From assembly GCA_964432155.1 (NCBI GenBank), contig CAYSMF010000012.1:2758-66757 (forward strand): 64,000 nt of DNA, written 5' to 3'. Positions 19,259-30,136 of the stretch are shown here, one piece after another. How positions within the stretch are numbered: position 1 is the stretch's first letter; every line of letters starts with the position of its first letter. This stretch comes from an uncultured Melioribacter sp. Lineage in GTDB: Bacteria; Bacteroidota; Ignavibacteria; Kapaibacteriales; Kapaibacteriaceae. The notes under the pieces were generated by a model. The model saw nothing but the letters and a program-made list of their open reading frames with translations. It was not told the DNA's origin and did no database searches. The position numbers and the translations under genes are program-made.

Positions 19259-20892
19259 CATCGCGCCACCATACAGTTCTAGCCACGCTCCTCGTTCTTG
19301 GCGGTCTGTATGTGATGCGCCTGGCGAGTGTTGAGATTCAACCATTCCCAGAAGGCCTCTACGCACTGCGCGGACTGAGTATACAGCATACGATGCAGTG
19401 GCTCGATCAAGCGGCGATTGCTCCGGGCGGAATGTACTCTGCAATGATGCCTCCGTTGCCGGCATGGATGGTTGCCATTGGTATTGACATAGTTGGTCCG
19501 ACACCACTTGCTGTGCGATGGTTCTCGGTGGTGTGCGCGATGCTCACCATGTTCCTGACCTATGCACTCGCTCGACGTGTTGTGTCCTTTGAGGGGGCTG
19601 TGATGTCGATGGTGATTGTTGGAACGAGCATTCCAATGATCATCAGCGGACGGCAGGCAACGGAACATGTGCCGTTCGTTGCGGCAGCACTGGCAATGAT
19701 GTGGTTCGCTATAACGCTTCGTGATGTGCATGATCGTATCGGACGACTCGTACGTGTATTCGTGATGATCGGCGCGACCTCGGCTGGTGCACTCACGGCG
19801 CCGGTAGCAACCCTCATCCTAGTGATTGGAACGGCGCTCGTACTGCGTTCCTCTGCTCAGCGTGCGTGGATGATCGCTGGTATGGCGTCTGGTCTTGCTC
19901 TTGGGTCCCTTTGGTGGATCGCTATGGGCATCCGATACGGCGAACAAGTGCTGCTCGCGTGGAGTCTGCCCCAACCAACACTTGGTGAAGAGTCTGGTGG
20001 AGTGCTAAGTGCGCTGTCGTTCATCGTGGTTGCGCATCCGATGCTGATCGTGGCGCTCATGTGGGTTGTGATTACACTCCGCGACCGTGCTCAGTCAGCA
20101 CTGCGCGACCGTCCGGAAATCGCTGTAATAGGACTCATGTTTGTCTTCGCTGTGTTCGAGACAGCATTATCGCAGCATCGGTACATGTCGCAAGCTGTCG
20201 TAATTGTACCACCCGCAGCAATCTTGTCGGTACTCGCACTCGAACACGTGCGACGTGATGCGCGCACGAAGATGCTCCTTGCGACATACGTTTTGATCAC
20301 ACTTGCAGTGGTGTGGTACGGTGTAGAGCATTTGTTGCACGACCGACTCAATGTGCAGACGTTGTTGCTTGGTGCCGCGATCTTTATGGTCGCTCTCGTC
20401 GTGTTACTACAGCAAGTGCGACATCGCTCGCGTCAACAAGCGGCAGCTGTTCGATTGTATCAGCCCGTGGTCTACGGTGCAGTAACGATTGCCGCTCTTA
20501 TCGCACTCATCGCAGTTGTGCGTCCAAGTCCAGTCACCATCGAAGGTGGACGTCCGATTGCACGTCGTATGCTTGACGATAGTCTGTTCCACAAGTCGTT
20601 TGCCTACGTCTTCCACAACAGGTCGGAGACGGATGCTGTGAACGCTCAGCTCGAATGGTATACGCAAGGATGGATGTCGGGTACGAAGTCAGGATTTACC
20701 CACATGGCGATTGCACTTCCAGCGGATGCGAGTGACGAGGCAACACTTGCGATTGCACGACTTCTACCATGGGTGGTCTACTATCATCCGCAGAATAGGA
20801 CGTCACTCGTTGAGGATGTGCAGCGCTCACTGGAGACTACGCACGTGGTAACGTATACGTCGCGTCCCTACACGTTGTACAAGGCTCGTTAG
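19255..20892 (+). CDS. glycosyltransferase family 39/83-like (ArnT/PMT-like) polytopic membrane protein
   Basis: About 12 predicted transmembrane helices. N-terminal region resembles the ArnT/PMT-type dolichyl/undecaprenyl-phosphate sugar transferase family. 4-nt overlap with the S2P gene. Confidence 0.45.
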   Translation: MTSRHHTVLATLLVLGGLYVMRLASVEIQPFPEGLYALRGLSIQHTMQWLDQAAIAPGGMYSAMMPPLPAWMVAIGIDIVGPTPLAVRWFSVVCAMLTMFLTYALARRVVSFEGAVMSMVIVGTSIPMIISGRQATEHVPFVAAALAMMWFAITLRDVHDRIGRLVRVFVMIGATSAGALTAPVATLILVIGTALVLRSSAQRAWMIAGMASGLALGSLWWIAMGIRYGEQVLLAWSLPQPTLGEESGGVLSALSFIVVAHPMLIVALMWVVITLRDRAQSALRDRPEIAVIGLMFVFAVFETALSQHRYMSQAVVIVPPAAILSVLALEHVRRDARTKMLLATYVLITLAVVWYGVEHLLHDRLNVQTLLLGAAIFMVALVVLLQQVRHRSRQQAAAVRLYQPVVYGAVTIAALIALIAVVRPSPVTIEGGRPIARRMLDDSLFHKSFAYVFHNRSETDAVNAQLEWYTQGWMSGTKSGFTHMAIALPADASDEATLAIARLLPWVVYYHPQNRTSLVEDVQRSLETTHVVTYTSRPYTLYKAR

Positions 20893-22730
20893 GATGCCGA
20901 GGTAAACTGCAACGCGTGAAGTTTCGCATAAACGCCGTTAGCAGCCAGCAGTTCGGCATGTGTGCCGATTTCAGCAATGCGTCCCTGGTCGAACACAACG
21001 ATCCGATGTGCATTTACGATCGTCGACAATCGGTGCGCGACGATGATAGCGGTTCGATTGGCGAGCACGTCGTCGATGGCTTCCTGCACGAGACGTTCCG
21101 ATTCCGTATCAAGGGCTGATGTGGCCTCGTCAAACAACAGAATGCGTGGTTCTCGATAGAGTGCGCGCGCAATTGCAATGCGCTGGCGCTGACCACCACT
21201 TAGGCGCATGCCGCGATCACCGATCATCGTGTCGTACCCATCAGGCATTGCCGAAATGAAGCCATCCGCGTGGGCAATCACAGCGGCAGCACGCACGCGA
21301 GCAAGATCTGCTTCTGCCTCGCCAAGGCTGATGTTGTTTGCGATGGTATCATTGAACAGCATTGTCTCCTGCGACACAACACCAAACACGTGGCGATACG
21401 ATGCTAGATCGAGATCACGAACATCTGTTCCATCGAGACGAATCGTGCCTGTGTGCGGATCGTAGAAGCGGAGCAGCAGATCGAGCATCGTGGACTTGCC
21501 GCTACCCGATGCGCCAACAAATGCTACTGTTTCACCCTTAGCGATCGTGAGAGACACATCGCGCAGTACATCGGCATCGCCGTACGAGAACGACACGTTC
21601 TCGATTGCCAGGGTTGGCTGCTTGTCGTTGGCAGAGATGCTGCCCGAAACGATTGTCGGTTCCTCGTCGAGAACGGCTGCTACATTCGCGCCTGCAGCGA
21701 TACCACGCTGCATCTGAGCAATCGTATTGACGATCACGCTAATCGGCTGCATCAGACCAAACAGCAGGAACAAAAACGTGACCAGATTCGATGGCGTGAT
21801 TGCTCCCGAAGCACGTTCCATGCCTCCCACATAAAACACAGTCACCAGCGCAAGAATGCCGAACGTATCGTTGAACACTGGGATCAAACTCATCACGCGC
21901 GTATTGCGAACTGCTCGTCGCACGTACGCCGCAGTTTGCTGCATGAACCGCTCGGCGACGCGAGGCTCCACACCCATGCCCTTGATGACGCGAATGCCAA
22001 GTACTGACTCTTGCAGCGTGGATGTGTAATCTGCCTGTGCAGCCTGCATGCGCGAGCCGTACCGGCGGAGCACGGATGTGACCGAGCGAATGAGGAAGAG
22101 GCCAAGCAATGCAACGCCCACCGAAATCACCGTGAGTTTGGCGCTGATCACCATCAGCAGCACGATGTAGATGATGAGCGTTGAAGCCTCGCGCCACAGC
22201 GTCGTAACCGAGTTGATTGTTGCGTGATTGAGTACGCCCACATCGTTGGTTAGGAGCGAAATGATATCGCCCGTCTTTCGCCGTGTAAAGAAATCGATCG
22301 AGTGTTTTGTGACGTGGAGGAAGAGCGTATCGCGGATACGCTTCATGATGCCTTCTTCAAGACGGATCGAGATCACGTTGCCGAGGTACTTCATCAGACC
22401 TCGTACAAGGAAGAGCATGAAGATGACAATGCTGATGTTGCGGATCGATGTGCCGTAGTCGGGTGCGATGATCAGCGACGCCACAATATCATCGAACTGT
22501 GCCTTAAGGCCAGAGGCCATCGTTGCCGTAGGCCCTGCAGCTGAAGCGGGACCAGCCGAGCCAAACAACGTGCGGAACACGGGCTCGACAATGGCAAGCG
22601 TCAGCGCATTTGCCGCCGAGAACAGCAGGTTCGCAAGGGTTGAAAACAGGATGAGCTTCCAAAACGGACGGACGAAGGGAAGCATTTTCCCTGCGAGCTC
22701 TCGAACAGTATAGTGATGCGGTTGGCGCAC
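20889..22730 (-). CDS. ABC transporter permease/ATP-binding fusion protein (MsbA-like exporter)
   Basis: Six-TM N-terminal domain followed by an NBD with GASGSGKST, LSGGQRQRIAIARAL and ILLFDEATSALD. Confidence 0.85.
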   Translation of the reverse strand: MRQPHHYTVRELAGKMLPFVRPFWKLILFSTLANLLFSAANALTLAIVEPVFRTLFGSAGPASAAGPTATMASGLKAQFDDIVASLIIAPDYGTSIRNISIVIFMLFLVRGLMKYLGNVISIRLEEGIMKRIRDTLFLHVTKHSIDFFTRRKTGDIISLLTNDVGVLNHATINSVTTLWREASTLIIYIVLLMVISAKLTVISVGVALLGLFLIRSVTSVLRRYGSRMQAAQADYTSTLQESVLGIRVIKGMGVEPRVAERFMQQTAAYVRRAVRNTRVMSLIPVFNDTFGILALVTVFYVGGMERASGAITPSNLVTFLFLLFGLMQPISVIVNTIAQMQRGIAAGANVAAVLDEEPTIVSGSISANDKQPTLAIENVSFSYGDADVLRDVSLTIAKGETVAFVGASGSGKSTMLDLLLRFYDPHTGTIRLDGTDVRDLDLASYRHVFGVVSQETMLFNDTIANNISLGEAEADLARVRAAAVIAHADGFISAMPDGYDTMIGDRGMRLSGGQRQRIAIARALYREPRILLFDEATSALDTESERLVQEAIDDVLANRTAIIVAHRLSTIVNAHRIVVFDQGRIAEIGTHAELLAANGVYAKLHALQFTSAS

Positions 22731-22760
22731 GAGTGGGGCGTTGACGGATTCGTGAGGGTA

Positions 22761-23891
22761 TCAGTGTGAGAGCGACCGTTGGTAGGAAGTCGCGTAGGAT
22801 TGGATTGCTGTGGCAATCGACGAGGCGATTGCAGCTTGGCCCTTGGACGAGGCAAGATACTCGGCATCTGATCGGTTTGAAAGGAATCCTGTTTCGATGA
22901 GGACGTTGGGCATCGATGCTCCGACGAGGACGAAGAAGCCAGCCTGACTCACGCCGCGATCAGCGAGCGGGGTGCGATCGGTCACTTCCTGCTGAATGGA
23001 GGCCGCAAACGACTCGCTCAGACGCACAAAGCTGCGTTGCGCCATTGTTGCAACAATGATCTGATCCTCTGTCATACCCTCGTACCGACGCTGCGATTGC
23101 TCGAATTTGACAGATGCGTTTTCGCGCGATGCGACGCGGGCCGCATCGTCATTCCGGCCTGGTCGCAGAATGTAGGTCTCACATCCGTGTGCCGGATGTG
23201 GCTTAGTCGGCATGCTGTTGCAATGAATGCTCAAAAACAGTTTGCCACCGGCTTCATTTGCGATCTGTGTACGGCGATACAGTTCCAAGAACGTATCGTT
23301 GTCGCGGGTCATGACCACGTTCGTGTTCGGCATGATTTCACGGAGTCGTGCGCGGACGAGCTTCGCGATAGCAAGCGTCACGTCTTTCTCGTACACGCCA
23401 TTCACACCCTCTGCACCAACATCCTTTCCTCCGTGTCCAGCATCAATGACAATAACGTCGAGTGACCATTTGCCACGTCCAGCTGGATGCTGACGCGGGG
23501 CGATGTCCTCAGGCTCTTTCTGTGCTCTCTTTTGTATCACACAGAGCAAGTCGCGCTGTCCATCGCGTCGCAGGACAACCGAGTCCGTGGGTGCACAGCG
23601 CAGTGTCAGCACGAGGATGTCGCGTACACGCTTTGCTTCCAGGCGTACCGCTGGTGTGAGCGCTGAGGAATCGATTGCACCGTCCTCGAGCAGAGCTCCA
23701 GGCAAACGGAGCACGACGCCGCCAGGGATACGTTCAGGACGTTGGAAGGCTGTGAGCGTCGATGCCGCACGAATTCGCACAACGGTGCTGTCGTCGCTAA
23801 CAGTGGCGCGAATGCGCGTAATCGTTGTGGCTGGTGGCTGCTGCATGCCGAGTAACACGCACAATGTCGCTGCTGCGAAAAGAAACCGCAT
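22761..23891 (-). CDS. N-acetylmuramoyl-L-alanine amidase (Amidase_3 family, AmiC-like)
   Basis: VIDAGHGGKDVGA, and further Amidase_3 zinc ligands; N-terminal signal peptide. Start at the internal Met MRFLFAAATL to avoid overlap with corA. Confidence 0.8.
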   Translation of the reverse strand: MRFLFAAATLCVLLGMQQPPATTITRIRATVSDDSTVVRIRAASTLTAFQRPERIPGGVVLRLPGALLEDGAIDSSALTPAVRLEAKRVRDILVLTLRCAPTDSVVLRRDGQRDLLCVIQKRAQKEPEDIAPRQHPAGRGKWSLDVIVIDAGHGGKDVGAEGVNGVYEKDVTLAIAKLVRARLREIMPNTNVVMTRDNDTFLELYRRTQIANEAGGKLFLSIHCNSMPTKPHPAHGCETYILRPGRNDDAARVASRENASVKFEQSQRRYEGMTEDQIIVATMAQRSFVRLSESFAASIQQEVTDRTPLADRGVSQAGFFVLVGASMPNVLIETGFLSNRSDAEYLASSKGQAAIASSIATAIQSYATSYQRSLSH

Positions 23892-23907
23892 GCCCCCTTC
23901 GATATGC

Positions 23908-24945
23908 TTAATCAAGCCAACCTCGACGACGGAACATGATGTACATAGACGTGGCGACCACAACGATGATGACGAGCAGCGTTGGGTACGACCATGACCA
24001 CGCAAGCTCAGGCATGTGCTGAAAATTCATGCCGTAGAGACTTGTCAGGAAGGTGATCGGAAGAAAAATCGTACTGATCACGGTAAGGACCTTCATCACC
24101 TCGTTGAGTCGCGCAGAGCTTACGGAGAAGTATGCCTCCATGATCGCAATAGTGAGTTCGCGGCTGCTCTCGATCTGATCGGCGATGCGTACGAGATGAT
24201 CGTAGACGTTGCGGTAGTACATAGACTCGTGCTGGGAGATAAGCGCAAACTCTCCGCGTGCGAGTCGGTTGACGATTTCACGCTGGTACACGACGTCTTT
24301 TCGGATTCGCTGCAAGAGACGTTTGAGTTCCAGAATACGAACAAGCGTGATGTTGCTTGGTCGGCGGAAGATGGCGTGTTCGAGTTCATCAACGCGATCT
24401 TCGAAGCGTTCGACGATAGGAATGTAGGCATCCACGAGATCGTCGAGGAGAAGATGCAGCACGTAGTCCGGTCCATGCGAGAATAGCAAGGGATTCCTGT
24501 CGCATGCCTTGACAAGTGCGGTGACCGCTGGGATGTCATTAGCATGATGCGTAATCAGGACTCGATCGCCCAGAATGATGTTGAGCTGCGATTCCCGGAG
24601 ATCCCGAAGAGCGTCAGTCGACTCCGATAATGTGCCGTCTGCAGGTTGTTGTACGAGGGCGTGCATGATCACGAAGAGGTACGATCCATAGTCGTCGACC
24701 TTCGGATGGTGCATTTGATCGTCGTCATCTTCATGGCTACCCAGAGCGCGTCGTGCGTCGGAGAGGACGAGCTCGTGTACGGGAAACCATGTGGTCAATA
24801 CCTCGAGCTCTTCCTGCGGTGTTGGGCTGGCAAGGTTTACCCATATCATCGCGTGCTCGGGGATACTGTCTACCGCATGATCGTGCAGTGCCTCAGCCGT
24901 TAGCTGTCGCACAGAGCCATCATGGAAGTACCGAATGTCGATCAT
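23908..24945 (-). CDS. corA: magnesium/cobalt transporter CorA
   Basis: C-terminal two TMs with the YGMNF motif (LYGMNFQHMPEL). A longer ORF start at 25008 would overlap the divergent rlmD start. Confidence 0.85.
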   Translation of the reverse strand: MIDIRYFHDGSVRQLTAEALHDHAVDSIPEHAMIWVNLASPTPQEELEVLTTWFPVHELVLSDARRALGSHEDDDDQMHHPKVDDYGSYLFVIMHALVQQPADGTLSESTDALRDLRESQLNIILGDRVLITHHANDIPAVTALVKACDRNPLLFSHGPDYVLHLLLDDLVDAYIPIVERFEDRVDELEHAIFRRPSNITLVRILELKRLLQRIRKDVVYQREIVNRLARGEFALISQHESMYYRNVYDHLVRIADQIESSRELTIAIMEAYFSVSSARLNEVMKVLTVISTIFLPITFLTSLYGMNFQHMPELAWSWSYPTLLVIIVVVATSMYIMFRRRGWLD

Positions 24946-25006
24946 GCGCGTCGCGATGTGGAAAGTCGGGTTACCTTTGCAGCTCAAACATACCACGTAA
25001 TGCTCC

Positions 25007-26419
25007 ATGCGTAATCAGCGACCGCAGCAAGAAATTGAGATTGATATCGATGCCATCGGCTTTGAAGGCATCGCCGTAGGGCGACTGGATGGCCTTGTCC
25101 ACTTTGTTGCTGGTGCACTTCCTGGCGAACGCGTACGTGCACGTATCACGGGATCGAAGAAGCGATTCAAGCAGGCCGAGGTGATCGAAGTGCTTCGCGC
25201 CTCGCCAGATCGGCGCACTCCTCCGTGTCCACATTTCGGCGTGTGCGGCGGATGTAAGTGGCAGCACCTCACATACGAGGAACAAGCACGGTGGAAGCGC
25301 CAGCACGTCATCGATGCATTTGAGCGCCTGGGTCAGATCCCTGTGAATGTGGTCCATCCAACGCTGTCGTCACCTGAGATTTACGGGTATCGCAACAAGA
25401 TGGAGTTCTCGTTTGGGGGCTCTGCATGGCTGACGCGCGAAGAGATTGATTCTGGTGCCGAATTCACAACATCCTTCGCACTCGGACTTCACGTGCCTGG
25501 TCGCTTCGATAAGGTGCGACACATCACTTCGTGCATGCTGCAGCAGGATGTAGCAAACAGCGTTCTTGAGCATACCCATGCATGTGCGGCGCGAACAGGT
25601 GTGCGTGCCTACCATCAACGTCATCACGATGGATTTGCACGTCATCTTGTGATTCGTGCAAGTGTTACCACTGGTGCGATCATGACGGTGCTCATCACAA
25701 CGACGCCTACCGACGAGCAAGAAGAGCAGTTCATTGCTGAATGGTTTGAACTCGCGGACTCACTTCCTACTGGCTCGTCGATGATCCATGCGATCAACGA
25801 TACATGGTCGCCAGTTGCAGTGGGTGATATTGCTCGACTCGTTGGACCAGGGTATCTCGATGAAACGTCGCATGATATCACGTATCGGATTTCGCCGTTC
25901 TCGTTCTTCCAGACGAATACGCTGCACCTGCCGAACCTAATTGCACGTGCGCTCGACGGTGCAGAGCTGCGTGCAACCGATGTTGTGTGGGATCTCTATT
26001 GCGGGACGGGTACGCTTACACTGCCAGCGGCGCGTCGCGTACAGTCAGTGATCGGCGCAGAGCTATCGGAGAGTTCAATTGCCGATGCGCGAGCAAATGC
26101 AGAACGTAATGCGATTAGCAATGTGGCGTTCCATGCCATCGACCTCCATGTACCTGCTGCACTCGAGGTACTTCGCTCACTGCCACAGCCAGACGTGATT
26201 CTCATCGACCCTCCGCGCAATGGTATGCACGAGCAGGTGGTGCGTCACATCCTTGCAGTTGCTCCAGAGCGTCTTGTCTACGTGAGCTGCAACCCTGCCA
26301 CCATGGCGCGCGATTGCGCGATACTGGCGGAGAAGTACGATGTGGTCGACGTCACTCCGGTCGACATGTTCCCACAGACGTACCACGTGGAAGCTGTCGG
26401 CGTTCTCCGCCGACGTTAA
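25007..26419 (+). CDS. rlmD: 23S rRNA (uracil-C5)-methyltransferase RlmD/RumA family
   Basis: N-terminal TRAM domain, a Cys cluster (CPHFGVCGGCKWQH) and a SAM methyltransferase domain (DLYCGTGT..; DPPRNG). Confidence 0.8.
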   Translation: MRNQRPQQEIEIDIDAIGFEGIAVGRLDGLVHFVAGALPGERVRARITGSKKRFKQAEVIEVLRASPDRRTPPCPHFGVCGGCKWQHLTYEEQARWKRQHVIDAFERLGQIPVNVVHPTLSSPEIYGYRNKMEFSFGGSAWLTREEIDSGAEFTTSFALGLHVPGRFDKVRHITSCMLQQDVANSVLEHTHACAARTGVRAYHQRHHDGFARHLVIRASVTTGAIMTVLITTTPTDEQEEQFIAEWFELADSLPTGSSMIHAINDTWSPVAVGDIARLVGPGYLDETSHDITYRISPFSFFQTNTLHLPNLIARALDGAELRATDVVWDLYCGTGTLTLPAARRVQSVIGAELSESSIADARANAERNAISNVAFHAIDLHVPAALEVLRSLPQPDVILIDPPRNGMHEQVVRHILAVAPERLVYVSCNPATMARDCAILAEKYDVVDVTPVDMFPQTYHVEAVGVLRRR

Positions 26420-29292
26420 CGGCTGACGCCAAAACCGACTGTGCTCATACCACGATAGGTCGTCATGCGCAAGAAGTAGGTGCCCGATGCGATGCTCGGC
26501 AACATGATTGTGCGCGGATGTGTGCCTGTCGGGACGTTGAGCTCGTCGAGCACAACAGCAACGGTACGTCCAACAACGTCAACCACATCGATAAGCACAG
26601 GCGACGGTGAGGTGACGGTGAAAATGATTGATGTCGCACCAGGACGAACAAGCGGCATGTTCTCAACGAAGATGATGCGATCCTGCGTCGGCGATACTGC
26701 AAACTCAGACGCATTGAACCCCAAGTCGCGCGCTGCTCGACGAGTAGAGCGAATACTTGATTCGATATCCTCGTAGGTCGAGCCACCACTCAGTACGAAA
26801 CACACCTGTTGTGTTTGCCCCGGCTCGAGACGGAATGGTCCGCCGCCGATCACGCCAGAGACATCTGTGATGCGGGAGTTGGCGCGACGAATGCCCCCTG
26901 ACATCATAAGCCACTTTTCGGCGCGCAGGAAATTATCGTAGATGCTCGGAGTTCCCGGTCCACCCTCGTTATCGACGGCATAGAAATTGGTCGGAAGGGG
27001 CGAGATCATCGCCACGCCAATAGAAGGCAGTGTAGCGTCCTTGGTGTTTTGAAACAAGCCAATCCCACTTCGTGTGTCGTATGCACAGCCGTTGTTCGCA
27101 CCCATCGGACCGATATCGAAATCAAAGAAGTAGCTCACGTAGATGTCATTCAGAGCCGTGTCCATACGATTGCGCACATCGAGGGCAACGAGAATGGCGT
27201 CGCGAAGCGAATCTGCTGTGAACGCATACACCTGCTTGCTAACGTCAACGCCCACAGGGAAGGGGTCTATGCTATCAGAGAATGATGTGACGACGCGCTC
27301 ACCCGGAGCGATGAATGCATTGCGGTGTTCGGCGACTGATCGAATCCCGAACAGCATGTCTTTGGTGTCCGTAGCCGCCCCTCGTGCAACATTGGGTAGA
27401 TCGCGGGGCTGTGTGCCAATCATCAAGGCCCCCTCAAAGAGGATGTTCTCGCTACCCTTGTAGGTAAGGCCTACGCCTTGCATGTTCGATGGATAGTCGT
27501 TGAAGCCAATGTTGCCAATGGAGTTGATCGTCGTAGCAATGTTGTTCGCACGAATGGTGCGGTATGTTGGGTTCACCGTGGTCGTGATCAGCTGCCGGCT
27601 TACGATTGTATCGCCGTCATAGATCAACGCTAACAGGCGAAGTTCTCCATCATACGTTGCATCGTCGGGGATGATGCTTGTGAACGCATTCGTAAGAGTG
27701 CGTGTCTCACCCGATTGCACTTCGCCAACGAAGACAGAGTCGACAACGAGAATTGGTGCGAAGGTGGATGGGGCAGGCACGACCTTCACCGCACAGTTCT
27801 GCAGTGAAGCGAGCTGATTGCTTATGGTAATCGACACGAGGCATTCATCACGTGGCTGAAGGAAACCATTGCCATCGCGGTCGACAACGTCCCATGCGGT
27901 AACGGTTGCCCAGCGTGGGTTTGATTGCGCAAGCGAGCGACGTGCGTTGACACGTCCAACACCGAACTGCCCGACAAACACAGCGTTGAGACTATCGATG
28001 TTGTCGCACCCAACCTTCATCGCTGCATGCGTTTGTGCGGGCGTGAACGATGGGAATCGCATGCGCACCATCGCAGCTACACCTGCAGCTACAGGCGATG
28101 CCATCGATGTGCCGTCGAAGAAGTCGTATGCATCACCAGGGACTGTTGAGTAGATCGCAACACCAGGAGCGCATACGTCAACACTGTTGTGTGTGTTCGT
28201 GAAATACGCCAGCTTATCGTTGTCGTTCGTTGCAGCTACCGAGAGCACTTCGGGATATGCAGCTGGATAGAAGGCCATCGACGATCCGTCGTTGCCTGCA
28301 GCAGCAACAACGAGTGCGCCTAGGCTGGCTGCTTCTTGGATGACTTCGCGATCGGCTGATGACGATGAGCCACTCCCAAACGAGCAGTTGATGACAGAGG
28401 CGCCCATCGATGCGGCGTACAGAATGCCGTCGGCAGAGTTCGCTACGGTCGTCGACTGCGGATCGTCGCGTCCAATCTTAATGGGAAGCACACGAACGTT
28501 GATGGCAACGCCAGCGCCACCGACATTGTTGTTTGCGATCTCTGCGATGATGCCGCCAACGTGCGTGCCATGGCTATTGCCGGGTAGTGGCGAATTGTCA
28601 GGCGTTTGTCCATCAGCGCCGACAAAGTCCCAGCCGAAGAAATCGTCAACAAACCCATTGCCATCGTCATCAACACCATTGCTTCGACGGTCGACGCCAT
28701 TGGCATCGAGACCCATCTCTCCTTGATTGCGCCATGTGTTTGCTCCGAGGTCCACGTGCGTTGTGTCGATACCTGTGTCGATCACGCCCACAACAATCGA
28801 CGCATCGGGAGGCAGCAGTGGCCATGCCTCGAAACTCTTGATGATCTGGTGGTGGTATTGACGATTCACATCGGGATCGTTTGGCGTATCAACGAGTCGT
28901 TGAATGGCAAGGGGCTCGGCATACTCCACATCAGGATGCGAGGCGAGCTTCCGTGCTGCGAGTGCAGCATCAATCTCGCGCGCGTACGTCACGATCGCAA
29001 TGCGTGTGATGCGCAGGGATGTCGGCGTGATGCGCGGTTGATTGCGTCGCGCATAGGCATACTCAACGGCCTTCAACGTTGCGTCGGAGACATACCCGCG
29101 CGACGTGTGCGATCCGAGAATCTGTGTGAGATCTGCGAACTCTCCGCGGCGTCCGTTCGACTGCCACTCGAGGAACGACGGGGAATCAGTCTTCCATGCA
29201 ACAACAACGGTCTTGGGCTCGAACTCGGCAGCGCATGGCTGCGTTATGAGCAGTGTGAGCGCCAGAGTGATGAGGCCAACAACGTTGCGCAT
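26416..29292 (-). CDS. S8 family subtilisin-like serine peptidase with T9SS C-terminal sorting domain
   Basis: 958 aa ORF with signal peptide and catalytic-triad motifs (DTGID, HGTHVGG, GTSMASP). The C-terminal roughly 80 aa are T9SS CTD-like (..GTYFLRMTTYRGMSTVGFGVSR). Confidence 0.85.
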   Translation of the reverse strand: MRNVVGLITLALTLLITQPCAAEFEPKTVVVAWKTDSPSFLEWQSNGRRGEFADLTQILGSHTSRGYVSDATLKAVEYAYARRNQPRITPTSLRITRIAIVTYAREIDAALAARKLASHPDVEYAEPLAIQRLVDTPNDPDVNRQYHHQIIKSFEAWPLLPPDASIVVGVIDTGIDTTHVDLGANTWRNQGEMGLDANGVDRRSNGVDDDGNGFVDDFFGWDFVGADGQTPDNSPLPGNSHGTHVGGIIAEIANNNVGGAGVAINVRVLPIKIGRDDPQSTTVANSADGILYAASMGASVINCSFGSGSSSSADREVIQEAASLGALVVAAAGNDGSSMAFYPAAYPEVLSVAATNDNDKLAYFTNTHNSVDVCAPGVAIYSTVPGDAYDFFDGTSMASPVAAGVAAMVRMRFPSFTPAQTHAAMKVGCDNIDSLNAVFVGQFGVGRVNARRSLAQSNPRWATVTAWDVVDRDGNGFLQPRDECLVSITISNQLASLQNCAVKVVPAPSTFAPILVVDSVFVGEVQSGETRTLTNAFTSIIPDDATYDGELRLLALIYDGDTIVSRQLITTTVNPTYRTIRANNIATTINSIGNIGFNDYPSNMQGVGLTYKGSENILFEGALMIGTQPRDLPNVARGAATDTKDMLFGIRSVAEHRNAFIAPGERVVTSFSDSIDPFPVGVDVSKQVYAFTADSLRDAILVALDVRNRMDTALNDIYVSYFFDFDIGPMGANNGCAYDTRSGIGLFQNTKDATLPSIGVAMISPLPTNFYAVDNEGGPGTPSIYDNFLRAEKWLMMSGGIRRANSRITDVSGVIGGGPFRLEPGQTQQVCFVLSGGSTYEDIESSIRSTRRAARDLGFNASEFAVSPTQDRIIFVENMPLVRPGATSIIFTVTSPSPVLIDVVDVVGRTVAVVLDELNVPTGTHPRTIMLPSIASGTYFLRMTTYRGMSTVGFGVSR

Positions 29293-30059
29293 TATCTACC
29301 CTTCCATGTGATCCGCTTGCGCATAATGCGCTGATTGCCGAGTCGCACTTCAGCGATGTATTCGCCGTCGAGAACGGGCTTCCCATTCACATCGCGTCCG
29401 TCCCACGTGAGCGTGTACGCTCCAGGTGCTTGTATGCCGCGGAATGGTTGGCTTACAGCAATGGCTTGTGTTGAATACACCACAATGTCGACTTCGATTG
29501 TTTCATCGACGACGTAGCGAATCTCGGGGCTCACGTCTTCGGCAAGACCGAACAGACGTGCAATGTCGCCGAAGCTGACAGATGCATTGCCTGTGCCCAT
29601 CGGCCACAGCAACACACCAGGCACATACATCGCATTGGCAATCGTCAGCTGATACTGTGTTCGCTCTTGCGGTGTTGGCTGTAGAATCGAAGCCGGAATA
29701 TTCATCGTGGCGCGAATCTGCTCCCATATTGACGGACGTCGATCGAGTTCAGCACGGTACCGCAGGTAGGACGACGTCTCTTGCAGGGAGGCTGCAAACC
29801 GACGAGCAGCTGGAACACGCAGAGCCATCGCCGCAGCGTAGGCGGAATCCTGCTCGGCAGTTGAGCGTGTGCGAATCTCACCGGGGATTGCCAAGCGCGA
29901 ATCGTCGTAGGTCGAGTCAGCCATGAGAAACTCGGCAGGGCTGAGCACGCGCGGCTGTATTGCTCCGCTCTTTGACGAGGGCTGCGCATGCAGGTGTGAT
30001 GCTGCCGCAATCACAAGCGCAGCCGACACAGCTAAAAAACGAGGAGAGAAGCAACGTAT
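29292..30059 (-). CDS. hypothetical secreted protein with C-terminal FlgD-Ig-like domain
   Basis: Signal peptide MIRCFSPRFLAVSAALVIAAASHLHA. The C-terminus (YTLTWDGRDVNGKPVLDGEYIAEV) resembles a FlgD Ig-like domain. Its stop overlaps the start of the S8 peptidase, suggesting an operon. Confidence 0.45.
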   Translation of the reverse strand: MRCFSPRFLAVSAALVIAAASHLHAQPSSKSGAIQPRVLSPAEFLMADSTYDDSRLAIPGEIRTRSTAEQDSAYAAAMALRVPAARRFAASLQETSSYLRYRAELDRRPSIWEQIRATMNIPASILQPTPQERTQYQLTIANAMYVPGVLLWPMGTGNASVSFGDIARLFGLAEDVSPEIRYVVDETIEVDIVVYSTQAIAVSQPFRGIQAPGAYTLTWDGRDVNGKPVLDGEYIAEVRLGNQRIMRKRITWKGR

Positions 30060-30136
30060 CATGAATGACCGAAAAATACAGAAGCCGTCATGACTGGTCA
30101 CGACGGCTTCGGAATGATTCGCGTGTAGGCGAGAAG

